Source: a virus. Taken from it: a stretch of DNA of 64,000 nucleotides. Positions 18,338-28,718 of the stretch are shown one piece after another (position 1 is the stretch's first letter; each line of letters opens with the position of its first letter). The stretch lies in IMG/VR virus record IMGVR_UViG_3300021375_000007, positions 1 to 64,000 of that record, one strand, 5' to 3'. The translations under genes and the position numbers were made by a program. Below the pieces are notes generated by a model. That model worked only from the letters and a program-made list of their open reading frames with translations, ran no database searches and was not told the DNA's origin.

Positions 18338-20194
18338 TTAAACTATTTCGCATGCTCCGCCAGCACAGGCTAACTCTCCAGACAAATCTGTGTCATCATC
18401 TAGTTCAACTATCTTGCTCAAATCAACATTGCTTAAACTCTTCATTAACTCATGATATTCATCTTCTGTAATATCCTCGAATGGTGCTTGCTTATATGTA
18501 TGATCGGCATATGGTAATACAGATAGACCATTATAATGATCTTTGTTATTCCACATCCATTCTCCTACAGAATCCCATTCATGGTCTCGAATTGATATAG
18601 TAGCAGATACATTATGAGTATTTGAACCGGACCGATGTCCTGACTTAATCCATTCTAAATGCACTCGCTTTACTCGTTCTAGCAATTGAAATGGTGATTC
18701 GGTTCTTAAGATTGAACCTTCTGGTGCTTTCTGTGGTACTGATATTACAGCAGTATCATGTGGTCGGAAATATTCATCTTCAATTAATTCTGGATGATGA
18801 ATAGCTAAATAAGTATAAATAGCTTCATTCTTACCTACTCTCACTCGCCTAATATAATAATCGTTATGCCAGGCATGAATGCCAGATGATGTTCCTAAGG
18901 TTAATGAGGTTGTGCCTGCTGGCTTTACGGTTGTACATCTTGCTGATTTATTGATACCTAATACTTTAGCTACCCTAGCATTTTCTTCTTTAACTATTTT
19001 AGCTGCAGATTTCATATTATATCCTAACACAGTCCCGGAACCTATACCAGTCATTGAAATACCAATAAGAGCATCTTTTTCTGTTGTTCGTTGCCAAATT
19101 GGTCTTAGATAATGAAAATCGGTATATCCTGCTTGAAGCGTGCCAATAAAGGTAGCCGCTTTAACTCTAGCCTCATAATCCTCTTGTGATGTGATATCCG
19201 ATGCATTTACCTCGCATAGATTACAGAATTGGTATGGCCTTAGGGCAATTTCACAGCAAGGATTAGTTCCCCAGTCTTTATCATTTGATAAATAGATACC
19301 AGGCTCACCTGCACCAGATGCTTCAATACGTTTCCATAATGTAGTAAAGAATTCTTTAGTAACCTTATGACGCAGCAATACTGCTGAATTATTTGCTCTT
19401 CCTCTCTGTGGATGCAATTCCCACCAGTTACCAGCTTTACAAGATATCATTTCATCATCATCCGCTGAAAACAGTGATATAAGTGCAGCACGCCTAATAC
19501 CACCAGCCAGAACGGCATCAGCAATATAACAAACGATATCATGCACATCAATAGCTTTGAGCTTCTCGCCATTCTGTTTCTCATTTAATATTCCTTCTAT
19601 TTTTACCAATGCCTCTTTAAGAGGTTGAGGTCCAGGGGCTTTACCACCTGACGTAACTAAACGAGCTCCTTTTGGTCTAATATCGGAAAAATCAAATTTT
19701 AGTCTGGATCCACCATAGAAATAACTCTTCATTAAAACTTTTATAGCATCCGCCCAACCCTCGATTGAATCTGCAATTAAATATCGCCGGCGTCGATCTG
19801 GGTTTGGAGCATGAATTTCTGGTAATGCATCTACGTGATGCCTCTGCACGGAATACCCAACTCCGGTACCACCTAGTAATAAGAACATTACTTCTGAGAA
19901 TGATCTCCAATCATCGATAGGTAGATATGCACAGTTATAAACTCTGTTAGGTGATATTTCTATAGGCTTACCACCAAATTGCAAGCTTCGCATTGATGGT
20001 AATACTTTTTTATTATATACAAATTTATATGCTGCTTCTATTTCATCTTTGATAGCAGGATATTTTTTAATATGCATTTCTTTGTTCCGAGTAACTAATT
20101 CTTCCCATGTTTCTCTTCGCTGTACTTCCGATTGATATTTAGCGTACTTCATATGTACGGTGATATCGGAGAGTATTTCATTAGATAGTTCCAT
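18338..20194 (-). CDS. nrdJ: Class II (adenosylcobalamin-dependent) ribonucleotide reductase
   Basis: RRETWEE, PSMRSL, YNC, GTNPCCEI, TTVKPAGT, C-terminal ACAGGACE; no beta subunit next to it. Confidence 0.88.
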   Translation of the reverse strand: MELSNEILSDITVHMKYAKYQSEVQRRETWEELVTRNKEMHIKKYPAIKDEIEAAYKFVYNKKVLPSMRSLQFGGKPIEISPNRVYNCAYLPIDDWRSFSEVMFLLLGGTGVGYSVQRHHVDALPEIHAPNPDRRRRYLIADSIEGWADAIKVLMKSYFYGGSRLKFDFSDIRPKGARLVTSGGKAPGPQPLKEALVKIEGILNEKQNGEKLKAIDVHDIVCYIADAVLAGGIRRAALISLFSADDDEMISCKAGNWWELHPQRGRANNSAVLLRHKVTKEFFTTLWKRIEASGAGEPGIYLSNDKDWGTNPCCEIALRPYQFCNLCEVNASDITSQEDYEARVKAATFIGTLQAGYTDFHYLRPIWQRTTEKDALIGISMTGIGSGTVLGYNMKSAAKIVKEENARVAKVLGINKSARCTTVKPAGTTSLTLGTSSGIHAWHNDYYIRRVRVGKNEAIYTYLAIHHPELIEDEYFRPHDTAVISVPQKAPEGSILRTESPFQLLERVKRVHLEWIKSGHRSGSNTHNVSATISIRDHEWDSVGEWMWNNKDHYNGLSVLPYADHTYKQAPFEDITEDEYHELMKSLSNVDLSKIVELDDDTDLSGELACAGGACEIV

Positions 20195-20317
20195 TTTATG
20201 ACCTTATATTTTTAAAGATTTATACTCTCGCGCGATACGATAATTAACGAATTCTTATATAAATATGTTCGCGCGGAGCTATTAACTCTGTTTTTGACTT
20301 AAAAAAGTAAAGCTTTT

Positions 20318-21673
20318 TCAACCGAAATCACCGCTCTTGATTTCCTTAAATTTTTGAGACAATAACTTCCGAGCCATTTCATTTCCATTAGACATTTGTT
20401 TCTGTGCATCTTTACCTTGTACAGATGTATCATTATATATATCAAATTGTCCATTAGATGTATTCATTTTACTTGGCAATGTAATACCATCAGGTCCAAA
20501 CCTATTTTTAATTACGTGCCATCTACCAGTACCAGCTAATTTATCTGTTACCTTTCTAGATAGTGATATAATGAAATCAGCCACCATTACCTTACCATAT
20601 GATTCAGCAATCTTACTTGCATCGATAACATCTTCCTCTAATGCTGATCTATTTGCTTGAGATGCGGTCCAGACTGGGATTTCATATTCACCTGCCATTC
20701 CTCGAAGGTCTTCATATATACCTTCCAATTCATGCCGCTTCTCTTGTCCGTGGCCTCGTAACAAATCAGCATAATCTACAATAATTAAGTCTGGATGCTT
20801 GCCTTGCATTATACATTTTTCAATATGAGATTTGATACCTAATACTGATACTGTCTTTGTTGGATAGTATTTGATAATTAAATCACCATCTACTCCTTCC
20901 AATTTTTCTTTTACTTCATCCTGATAATGCTTTAGATTTTGATTTGCAATACCAGTTATAACAGAATCATATCTCAATCCAACATATGCAGCATTTAATT
21001 CTAATGTATAATGTAATACAGTTTTTCCTTTCTTAACAGAATGTGCACCTATATTCATTAATGCCCAAGACTTACCAATACCGGCTGGTGCAACCATTAC
21101 ACCTAACTCACCTTTACCCAATCCACCATCAGTTAATTCATTAACAATCTCCCATGGCGTTTCTTGAGGGAACCGTACGGCATCTGTATACCGTGCATCG
21201 ATATCAATCATATAATCATGTCCAATATCTTTATCACCGCCGGCCTTTAAGGCAGTATCAATTTTAGCTTTAATATCTTCATACTTACCATTCTTAAGCA
21301 ATGATACTGAATCTAATATAGCCTTTTTGATTTCTTGATTCTTGCAAAACTCAATTGCTTGCTCTTTAATAAACTCTAAATCATCAGCGCCGGAATATTT
21401 CCATGCATCCTTAAGGTGATCTACAATTTGAGTCTTAAGAACATCATTTTCAATATCTACCATCTTAACCTTCATTACTTCTAATGAAGGCGATGCTTTA
21501 TATTCCCGACTATAATCTAATATTGTTTCAACTATCCATTGATTGGCTTCTGATTCAAAATATGACGGAATTAATATATCGGATATCTGCTGTAGAAATA
21601 TTTTATCAGTTAATAAAGATGTAATTGCTTTTATTTGGAACGTATATCCAAAATTCGACAAACGATCAGTCAT
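20318..21673 (-). CDS. Replicative DNA helicase (DnaB/T4 gp41-like)
   Basis: APAGIGKS Walker A, YTLEL, IVDYADL, WTASQANR, KNRFG. Confidence 0.92.
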   Translation of the reverse strand: MTDRLSNFGYTFQIKAITSLLTDKIFLQQISDILIPSYFESEANQWIVETILDYSREYKASPSLEVMKVKMVDIENDVLKTQIVDHLKDAWKYSGADDLEFIKEQAIEFCKNQEIKKAILDSVSLLKNGKYEDIKAKIDTALKAGGDKDIGHDYMIDIDARYTDAVRFPQETPWEIVNELTDGGLGKGELGVMVAPAGIGKSWALMNIGAHSVKKGKTVLHYTLELNAAYVGLRYDSVITGIANQNLKHYQDEVKEKLEGVDGDLIIKYYPTKTVSVLGIKSHIEKCIMQGKHPDLIIVDYADLLRGHGQEKRHELEGIYEDLRGMAGEYEIPVWTASQANRSALEEDVIDASKIAESYGKVMVADFIISLSRKVTDKLAGTGRWHVIKNRFGPDGITLPSKMNTSNGQFDIYNDTSVQGKDAQKQMSNGNEMARKLLSQKFKEIKSGDFG

Positions 21674-21706
21674 GTACTATTTCTTTTTATTTTTAATGTC
21701 ATACAT

Positions 21707-21737
21707 CAAATATATAATAATTTTTTAAATAATCAAA
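21707..21737 (-). promoter_or_regulatory. Bacteroidota sigma70-like promoter (TTTG-N19-TATATTTG) upstream of the helicase; representative of an 11-copy family
   Basis: Matches the Bacteroidota -33 TTTG / -7 TAnnTTTG consensus. Related T[TA]G-N19/20-TATATT sites at about 2529, 7357, 10209, 17008, 17791, 18220, 24747, 28688 (TAAATT variant), 52561 and 60680. Confidence 0.7.
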
Positions 21738-22791
21738 TGCTAGCGTAAGCATTCAATGAATTAAATGAATTAAGCAGCCAGGAATCGACATCTTTAATAG
21801 ATGTATATAATTTATCGACCATGAACATCTTTTTGAATTCTAATATGTTAGTTCGATGAGTTGTTTCATGTGTCTTATCAAGTATCAACATTTTCGCGTT
21901 TCCTGATATATCTACTTCTTGTAACTGCATCAATTGATGGTTGCGATCTAATACACCTGAATCAATGCCTGACTGCACTTTATGGTATATCTTTAATTTC
22001 GAATCAGCAACTCTATCAGCCGTATATTCTTTCATCTCATCTAATGAGACAGGCTGGTTTAATAGCATTGGATAATTTTTAATTAATGTTTTTAATCCAA
22101 CGCCATCTACCCCTGGAATATTATCTGATTTATCTCCAGAGAACATACGATACATCAAATAATTTTTGTGATGCATTCCTACCTCATCGGCAAGTGTTTC
22201 TGAAGTATACATTTTCTTTTTAACTGGACTCCATACTTGAATACGGTTGTTAACTAGTTGTAAGAAATCTCGATCGGTAGATACTATAGTTACCTTTTGA
22301 GAATCTTTAGTATAAATTTCATTCGCGATATATGCCATGGCATCATCGGCTTCAATATTATCTATTGCCATAATATTAACAGGCAATAAATTTAAATATT
22401 CAATCATTCGGTTGAACTGTCGTCTCATCGAGGCTTGCTCATCTTCCAGATCTTCAAATTCATCATGTCGGTTGAGTCGCGTTCTTACTGCTCGATTGGC
22501 CTTGTAATCAGAATATATCTTTCTACGCTTTACAGATCCACCCTTACCATCGAATACTACTACACATCTAGTAGGCTTATGCATTCGTATAACAGCGGCC
22601 AATGACCTCATAAATCCAACAACACCTCCGATATGGTCTCCATCATCATTTAATGATGGTATAGCCGAGAAGACTCGGATGAACAGGTTAAGACCATCAA
22701 TAACCATAATATGACTATTTCTGTCTTGTCCTTCCTGTTCAACCCGCTCCTCGTTAATTTGATTTAAAATTTGCTTGTATCTAGAATTCAT
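21733..22791 (-). CDS. 5'-3' exonuclease/flap endonuclease (T4 RNase H-like)
   Basis: IDGLN, VFDG, YKANR, EADD, STDRDFLQL, GDKSDNIPGV. Confidence 0.92.
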   Translation of the reverse strand: MNSRYKQILNQINEERVEQEGQDRNSHIMVIDGLNLFIRVFSAIPSLNDDGDHIGGVVGFMRSLAAVIRMHKPTRCVVVFDGKGGSVKRRKIYSDYKANRAVRTRLNRHDEFEDLEDEQASMRRQFNRMIEYLNLLPVNIMAIDNIEADDAMAYIANEIYTKDSQKVTIVSTDRDFLQLVNNRIQVWSPVKKKMYTSETLADEVGMHHKNYLMYRMFSGDKSDNIPGVDGVGLKTLIKNYPMLLNQPVSLDEMKEYTADRVADSKLKIYHKVQSGIDSGVLDRNHQLMQLQEVDISGNAKMLILDKTHETTHRTNILEFKKMFMVDKLYTSIKDVDSWLLNSFNSLNAYASI

Positions 22792-23930
22792 CCTTCTTCG
22801 TTTACAAATTCATCATCAATTATTATATCATCTATACCAATATCTTCACCTGGCTTATACTTAAGAATATATGATTTGCAAATTGCATTATATATCTCAG
22901 TTTTCAGAGTATCATCATCAATTACTAATTTTTCAAAATCTTTAGATAGGAATTTTACAGCCTTTCCAGCATCGCTAGTATATGTATACCATGCACCTGC
23001 CTGAGAAACTATTTTATGATCTTTCATAATATTTAGCCATCCACCATAATCATCAATACCAGACTCAAAATAGATATCATAATCAACCGTTTTCAAAGGA
23101 GGTCCCATGCGATTTTTTACAACTTGGGTTCTCGTCTTAACACCAACGACTTGATCAATGCCATCTTTTTTAACTTTGATTTGACCGACTGACTTCAATC
23201 TTAATCTTACTGATGCATGAAATGGTATAGCTTTACCACCCGAGGTGGTCCATGGATCTCCAAAACTAACACCTAACCTAGTACGCAGCTGATTTGTAAA
23301 TATCAAACAAATCTTTTCACGTCCTAACATATTAGTTAGCTTTCTCATACCCTTGGATAGAATAATGGACTTGGAAGTTGCATATCCATCCTTATCATAT
23401 TCAGCCGCCATTTCAATTTTAGTCGATGCACCCATTACGGAATCTACTACAATTGTAACTAACCGATCTTTACTAGATTTTCTAATTGATTCAATTATAC
23501 CTTCAATTGCCTCAAAAATATCCTCGATAGTTTCTAATGGAACATATAACATCTTTTCAAGATTAATTCCAATAGCCTCTAAAAAGTCTCGACTAATAGC
23601 ATTTTCAGTATCAATATATACTGCCATACCACCTGCCTTTTGAGTATTGGCCAAAGCATGGGCAGCCAATAATGACTTACCCGATGCTTCAAGACCAGTA
23701 ATCTCTGTAATCCGACCAACTGGAAATCCTCCATTAGGTCTATTGGATATTGCAAGATCTAGCATAGATGACCCGGTACCAACCCAACCCTTTACATCTG
23801 CCGGAGTATCAGTATCACCATCAAGAAAGAATGCTGTCTTATGATTGGTGTTTTTAAACTTCTTATTCAATGCCTCTGCAAGATCAATTGCTAACTGATC
23901 AGTCTGCTGGCTTTTAGTTTTACCTGCCAT
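22788..23930 (-). CDS. recA: RecA/UvsX recombinase
   Basis: GRITEITGLEASGKS, YIDTE, VVDSV, FTNQLR, SGGKAIPFHASVRL, KNRMGPP. Confidence 0.93.
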   Translation of the reverse strand: MAGKTKSQQTDQLAIDLAEALNKKFKNTNHKTAFFLDGDTDTPADVKGWVGTGSSMLDLAISNRPNGGFPVGRITEITGLEASGKSLLAAHALANTQKAGGMAVYIDTENAISRDFLEAIGINLEKMLYVPLETIEDIFEAIEGIIESIRKSSKDRLVTIVVDSVMGASTKIEMAAEYDKDGYATSKSIILSKGMRKLTNMLGREKICLIFTNQLRTRLGVSFGDPWTTSGGKAIPFHASVRLRLKSVGQIKVKKDGIDQVVGVKTRTQVVKNRMGPPLKTVDYDIYFESGIDDYGGWLNIMKDHKIVSQAGAWYTYTSDAGKAVKFLSKDFEKLVIDDDTLKTEIYNAICKSYILKYKPGEDIGIDDIIIDDEFVNEEG

Positions 23931-23946
23931 CTATAACCTTTTTTAA

Positions 23947-24711
23947 TTACTTGTTAAACAATTCGTCAAACGCATCTGATACGTTATCGACTTTACTTAC
24001 ATTTCCAGCAGGAGCTGCCGCGGCTGGTGCTGATGCACTTTCTTCTGCCGTTTCACCTTCTTCTGGATTCAACCAATTCTCCAATGCCTTCTCAAGTTCA
24101 TCATATGATGGTTCTTTGAAGATATCCGAGATGTTAGGTTGCTTGCTAGCTACTAGCTCCGCAATATTGCGATCTTCTGTTAGAGCCGATGTATTAGGCT
24201 TTACACGAATCGCTGTCTTCGGATATGTTCCTGGAGAATCAGATGGTGTAAATTCTACTACAACATCACGCCCATTCATTGGATCTGTAATATCACCGTA
24301 ATCTGGATCTGCGATAAATCCTAGGATTTCAGTATATACTGTTTTACCGAATCCCCAAAACTTAACACCTTCAGATTCTTTACCTCTTACAACAACAGGT
24401 ACATAAGTCCTCATTTTTGGTTCCATCTTCTTACCTAACTTCCATTCATCAGATACTCCAGATGATTTTAGTTTTTCGGAAAATTCTACAACCGGGTCAG
24501 GACGACCATATGTCATTGGTGATAGATAATTGCGTTTTGCAAGATCATAATGAAAATGCATTTCAAGAAATGGATTCTCTTTGTTGTGCTGATAAGGAAC
24601 AATTCTAATTTGTTGCTTACCTGGTTCAGGCTTCCACAGATTGTTCTGCCTGGTTGTTTGTGTCTGGAGCTTGCCCAGTTTGCTTCTGATTGCGTCTAAA
24701 TCAATTGCCAT
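23947..24711 (-). CDS. Single-stranded DNA-binding protein (T4 gp32-like)
   Basis: WKP...IRIVP...VKFWGFGKTVY...DITDP..GRD; acidic C-terminus DAFDELFNK. Confidence 0.85.
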   Translation of the reverse strand: MAIDLDAIRSKLGKLQTQTTRQNNLWKPEPGKQQIRIVPYQHNKENPFLEMHFHYDLAKRNYLSPMTYGRPDPVVEFSEKLKSSGVSDEWKLGKKMEPKMRTYVPVVVRGKESEGVKFWGFGKTVYTEILGFIADPDYGDITDPMNGRDVVVEFTPSDSPGTYPKTAIRVKPNTSALTEDRNIAELVASKQPNISDIFKEPSYDELEKALENWLNPEEGETAEESASAPAAAAPAGNVSKVDNVSDAFDELFNK

Positions 24712-24839
24712 TTGTTAATCCTATTTTTTAATGGTTAATAATTATTAATATAAGTACTTTCTTTCACAAATCCTAATGGTTCGTAAAAAAGTATTGAAAA
24801 AAATTGTTATTTGTTATTTGTTAATTGGTAATTGTTATT

Positions 24840-25247
24840 TTATCGGATGCCTTGAGCATCACCTTTGATGTTTCCTATAGCATCATCTAACTCATCACGA
24901 AGCTCTTCGAGAACTTCTGTCATTGCAGATATACTATCCTCGCCAATGGCATATGAACCACGTCTAGCGTTTCTGATTTCATATGATATCTTAGCAGCTA
25001 AATCCATTGCCGACAATACACCATTCTCGTCAAAATAATCTTCATTCCATCCATCACTAGATTCCCATGGCTCATCATTACCATCCTCATCGTCATATTC
25101 ATCCTCTCGTAATGATTTGGATTCATGTGCGGCCTTTACATCTGCCATTGTTGGTAATGGCTTACCTGGTTGACGTTCCCATGCATGGGCTTCGTTAAGA
25201 CGGTTACCGCCAATTCTGTTAAATGTGTCTCGTAATGTTTTTTTCAT
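24840..25247 (-). CDS. Acidic hypothetical protein, paralogue of 25259-25624
   Basis: Shares an N-terminal ~45 aa (TFNRIGG.RLNEAHAWER..GKPLPT.ADVKAAHE) with the neighbouring ORF. Confidence 0.65.
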   Translation of the reverse strand: MKKTLRDTFNRIGGNRLNEAHAWERQPGKPLPTMADVKAAHESKSLREDEYDDEDGNDEPWESSDGWNEDYFDENGVLSAMDLAAKISYEIRNARRGSYAIGEDSISAMTEVLEELRDELDDAIGNIKGDAQGIR

Positions 25248-25258
25248 TTCGGTGTCCT

Positions 25259-25624
25259 TTATGCAAGTTCCTCAGCAACCCGCTTCAGTATTTTATCTTT
25301 AAGATATTCTTCTTCTTCATCCGATGGATACTCATACCCAGAATCCTCTGCCCAAGGTCCAAAACCTAAATCAGATAATTGTTCCCAGGCTGCGTCGATA
25401 ATTGCAGCGATGGCGTTTTCATATTCTCTAGGATTCGCTTCAATCCATGCTTCTGGTAATTTAGATGCATTTGTATCATCTTCTTGTAATGAATTGGCTT
25501 CATGCGCAGCTTTAACGTCGGCTAATGTTGGTAATGGTTTGCCTTCTTCTCGTTCCCATGCATGAGCTTCGTTAAGTCGCTTACCTCCGATTCTATTAAA
25601 TGTATCTAGTAATGGTTTTTTCAT
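25259..25624 (-). CDS. Acidic hypothetical protein, paralogue of 24840-25247
   Basis: Start moved to MKKPLLDTF by alignment with the paralogue; ATATTTATA motif upstream. Confidence 0.65.
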   Translation of the reverse strand: MKKPLLDTFNRIGGKRLNEAHAWEREEGKPLPTLADVKAAHEANSLQEDDTNASKLPEAWIEANPREYENAIAAIIDAAWEQLSDLGFGPWAEDSGYEYPSDEEEEYLKDKILKRVAEELA

Positions 25625-25671
25625 TCGGTGGTTCCGTTTGTTAATAGTATTCATTTATAAATATGTTTCTG

Positions 25672-26058
25672 TTACAAATTCACGCGCCTATAAAAATCCA
25701 ATCTAATATGCCGTAATTCATCCTCGGCTGTTAATAATAAGGAATTTTTGTAACGATTCCAATCGATAATGAAACTTTTATCTAAAACTCCATTGTTACA
25801 TGATTTTACAACTACATTCAATGCATTAACTGTATATAATGTATTGGTTTCTTTTTTACGGTGTATTGATATTGTATTGCTAGTTCTTCTAGCCGCACCT
25901 GGTTCTATATTAAATGTTATATATAAATCGTCTGGGGTATCTGTGTTACTAAACACAAACAATCTATTCTCTGGTATTGTGTAAGAGGCCGTGACATAAT
26001 CTATAATGATATTTAAATCATTGCGATGTGCAAATGTACATAGCAGTTGTGGCCTCAT
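25672..26058 (-). CDS. Hypothetical protein
   Basis: QLLCTF...IHRKKETNTLYTVNALN; full-length ORF in the operon. Confidence 0.65.
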   Translation of the reverse strand: MRPQLLCTFAHRNDLNIIIDYVTASYTIPENRLFVFSNTDTPDDLYITFNIEPGAARRTSNTISIHRKKETNTLYTVNALNVVVKSCNNGVLDKSFIIDWNRYKNSLLLTAEDELRHIRLDFYRRVNL

Positions 26059-26061
26059 GCA

Positions 26062-27294
26062 TTACTCCTGTGCTTCTAAATATGCATATCCTTGTGCTGT
26101 TGGTGCCTGGAGATCAATAATCATATATCTGTTTCCGGCTAATCGTTCAACACCAAAATCAGATGCGCTTGCTATATGTGGTTTTGGGTTTCTATTTTTA
26201 TACCAAATTAGGCCATATATAGATTCAAAAAAGTTAGTTTTAATAGCATTCAGCTCAGATATAAATTGGTTTGGATTCTTAATAAATTCATTTTGCATGA
26301 TGCGATTAAACCAAACTTTGATATTTGTATTAATATTATCAATCGGATCACCAACAGTAATAGTTGCCGTCGAATCATTACTTGAAGATGTATTTATTTC
26401 TTCAGCATCTTTATCTGCTATCCAATATGTTTGCTGCTTACCACCTGAGGCTACTGACAACCTCGTGTCTTTTATATCAACATCTAAATTTGTTTTATAA
26501 AAAATATTATGTAATTCTTTAAATCCTTCATACCAATTATGAAATGCGGACTTTTTCCAATTACGAATGCTTTTTATATTTTGAATATCAATACTTTCTA
26601 TAAACCGAGTCTCGAATATCATAATTAATTTTTTTAAAGATTCTGCGGATTCAGGATCCACCATATCCTTTAAACTTTCATAAGGATCGCCAATGGCAGA
26701 TACCGGTTCTACTATTTCATTATAAAACTCTTGAATGTTGCTAGATAATTTATATTGGGTAGCAATGCCTAGCGATGCCGGGTCAAATGCGTTTCCTTTA
26801 GATAATTCTTTAACTTCCCATTCACCATATGGCATGACAATATCATGTTGAGAAGTCCCACCTGGCTCAGAATCCTTTACGCCTAATAATATCGGTACTT
26901 CACCATTACCCATTCCTCCTCGAGGGCCACCGACATTTACTTCAAAGAATTTTTCAAATGATTTCCATCCGGAACTTACAAATGATTTAATAGTATGTGT
27001 TCTTAAGTTTTTATTGAATTCGTCTTTCTCTTTATCCGATAGCCCGTTATACACATCAATAATTGATGTATTTACATTTTGCGGCAATCCAATAGATTTA
27101 ATAATTGATACTATATCCGAATCTTCCTCAGTAACCAACTCCACTGCTTCTGGTATAGGTTTACCGACGGTTGCATCATGTTCGGCAATTACATCTGCCA
27201 ATACAAATAATTCTGATTCAGAATACGGTGCTTCTGCATAACCTTTTGGTAGTCGATAAAACCATTCACGTATTACATCATCATTAATATTCAT
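26062..27294 (-). CDS. Hypothetical protein with a possible PD-(D/E)XK nuclease core
   Basis: GNGE...HDIV...WEVKE spacing resembles restriction-endonuclease-like folds; late-type motif upstream. Confidence 0.45.
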   Translation of the reverse strand: MNINDDVIREWFYRLPKGYAEAPYSESELFVLADVIAEHDATVGKPIPEAVELVTEEDSDIVSIIKSIGLPQNVNTSIIDVYNGLSDKEKDEFNKNLRTHTIKSFVSSGWKSFEKFFEVNVGGPRGGMGNGEVPILLGVKDSEPGGTSQHDIVMPYGEWEVKELSKGNAFDPASLGIATQYKLSSNIQEFYNEIVEPVSAIGDPYESLKDMVDPESAESLKKLIMIFETRFIESIDIQNIKSIRNWKKSAFHNWYEGFKELHNIFYKTNLDVDIKDTRLSVASGGKQQTYWIADKDAEEINTSSSNDSTATITVGDPIDNINTNIKVWFNRIMQNEFIKNPNQFISELNAIKTNFFESIYGLIWYKNRNPKPHIASASDFGVERLAGNRYMIIDLQAPTAQGYAYLEAQE

Positions 27295-27328
27295 CCTGCC
27301 CTAGTTTACGTTTTAAATAAATATCGAC

Positions 27329-28681
27329 CTAAACCAATACTTTACTAGTTACGTCGATTAAATCATGTAAATCGGCGCCTGCCTTTATCTTAACTGGAAA
27401 GTCTCCATTGTTACTCATTGCTTTTTGAATCTTCAATATGCATTCCTTACCATCCTTCATATCATAATCAAATAGCAGAGAATCATAAGTATATAATATC
27501 AATTTGGTATTGTAATCGTTTAGTACTTCATTAACTGCTTGTATGGATGTTATACTGTATTCCGTTTCTGTTGCTTGAAGATAATAATTGAAAAGCTTTG
27601 TTGCATTCATTCCTGAGTTTGCAGCTCTGGTGATTCTTCTTCCAAAGATAGGAGTTGCAATATATCCATTCGCATGAAATGTCTGATACAACTCTTTTAT
27701 GAATTCGCTGGTCTTCTGGAAGAACTCTATATGCTTGTATTTGTCATCTACTCTACCATACAGTTGCCGGAACGTTATCTGCTTGCTTTCTTCGTATTGC
27801 TCTTTGCTTAATTCTTCCGTTCCAAAATAATGCGTACCAAAATAAGCATGTATAGATTCTTTTGGCAAATCAAATCCTGTCAGCTTAGCCATTAACCGTA
27901 AATGATATGAATCATAATCCATCTCAATAAGCATTCCGGCCGGATATCTAGATACAAATGACTTTCGGCACCCGTCCTCTTTATTTAGAGCCGCATAATT
28001 TACTCCTCCAAATTTATTTGAAGGCCTTCCGGTGGATGTATATATATTGTATTCTGTATAAGCTGTATTGCGAAATAAATTGTTAGTTCTGAATGATTCC
28101 AGGAACACATTGTAATCAACCTGCATTCCATTCTGCTCTATAGAATACAAATTATCTATCACCATATGGTCATATGTATCAAATAAAGCATCCTTTTCAA
28201 ATCCGGTAAATGCTTTCATAAACTTTTTCACAATATTGCCACATCTCTCATAATGTCGAGTTATTGGTATGATATCATTAATATTGGTTTCATTGTGATA
28301 CCATTTGGCAAACCACGAATGAGCCTGAGTATCTGTATCCTCTAAATCCAATGATAAATTTGCTTGCCAATAAGATACCAAATCAGCGTCATAGACTTCG
28401 TTTGAATAGAAATGAGTGAACCGCTTCTTGTTAAGTACATAGATATCCTGGCTGGATACTAACTCTTGTAGACGTTCGGATTCCAGGCATATACAATCTT
28501 TATGATTGAATGGTACTATATAAGCATCATCTAAATCAATTAAATAAATGTATATGAATGATAATCGGGTGTTTACGTAATGACGATATTGGTCTGAATA
28601 GATTGGAATCCAAAAGCTCCTAGACTTAGCTAACTCATCTTTGAAGTTCTCTAGTTCTGGTATACTCTCGATTATTCTCAC
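27329..28681 (-). CDS. Compact family A DNA polymerase-like protein
   Basis: TGRPSN, motif A EMDYDSYHLRL, motif B SKQITFRQLYG, NYYLQATE, motif C YTYDS; GTG start. Confidence 0.8.
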   Translation of the reverse strand: MRIIESIPELENFKDELAKSRSFWIPIYSDQYRHYVNTRLSFIYIYLIDLDDAYIVPFNHKDCICLESERLQELVSSQDIYVLNKKRFTHFYSNEVYDADLVSYWQANLSLDLEDTDTQAHSWFAKWYHNETNINDIIPITRHYERCGNIVKKFMKAFTGFEKDALFDTYDHMVIDNLYSIEQNGMQVDYNVFLESFRTNNLFRNTAYTEYNIYTSTGRPSNKFGGVNYAALNKEDGCRKSFVSRYPAGMLIEMDYDSYHLRLMAKLTGFDLPKESIHAYFGTHYFGTEELSKEQYEESKQITFRQLYGRVDDKYKHIEFFQKTSEFIKELYQTFHANGYIATPIFGRRITRAANSGMNATKLFNYYLQATETEYSITSIQAVNEVLNDYNTKLILYTYDSLLFDYDMKDGKECILKIQKAMSNNGDFPVKIKAGADLHDLIDVTSKVLV

Positions 28682-28718
28682 ATAATGAATTTAAGAAAAT
28701 AATTTCAATAATCCTAGA

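Noticed and set aside
20195-20317. Cobalamin riboswitch upstream of nrdJ
   Set aside because: The gap is only ~120 nt and AT-rich with no recognisable B12 box; only a weak CGCG inverted repeat flanks the promoter motif.
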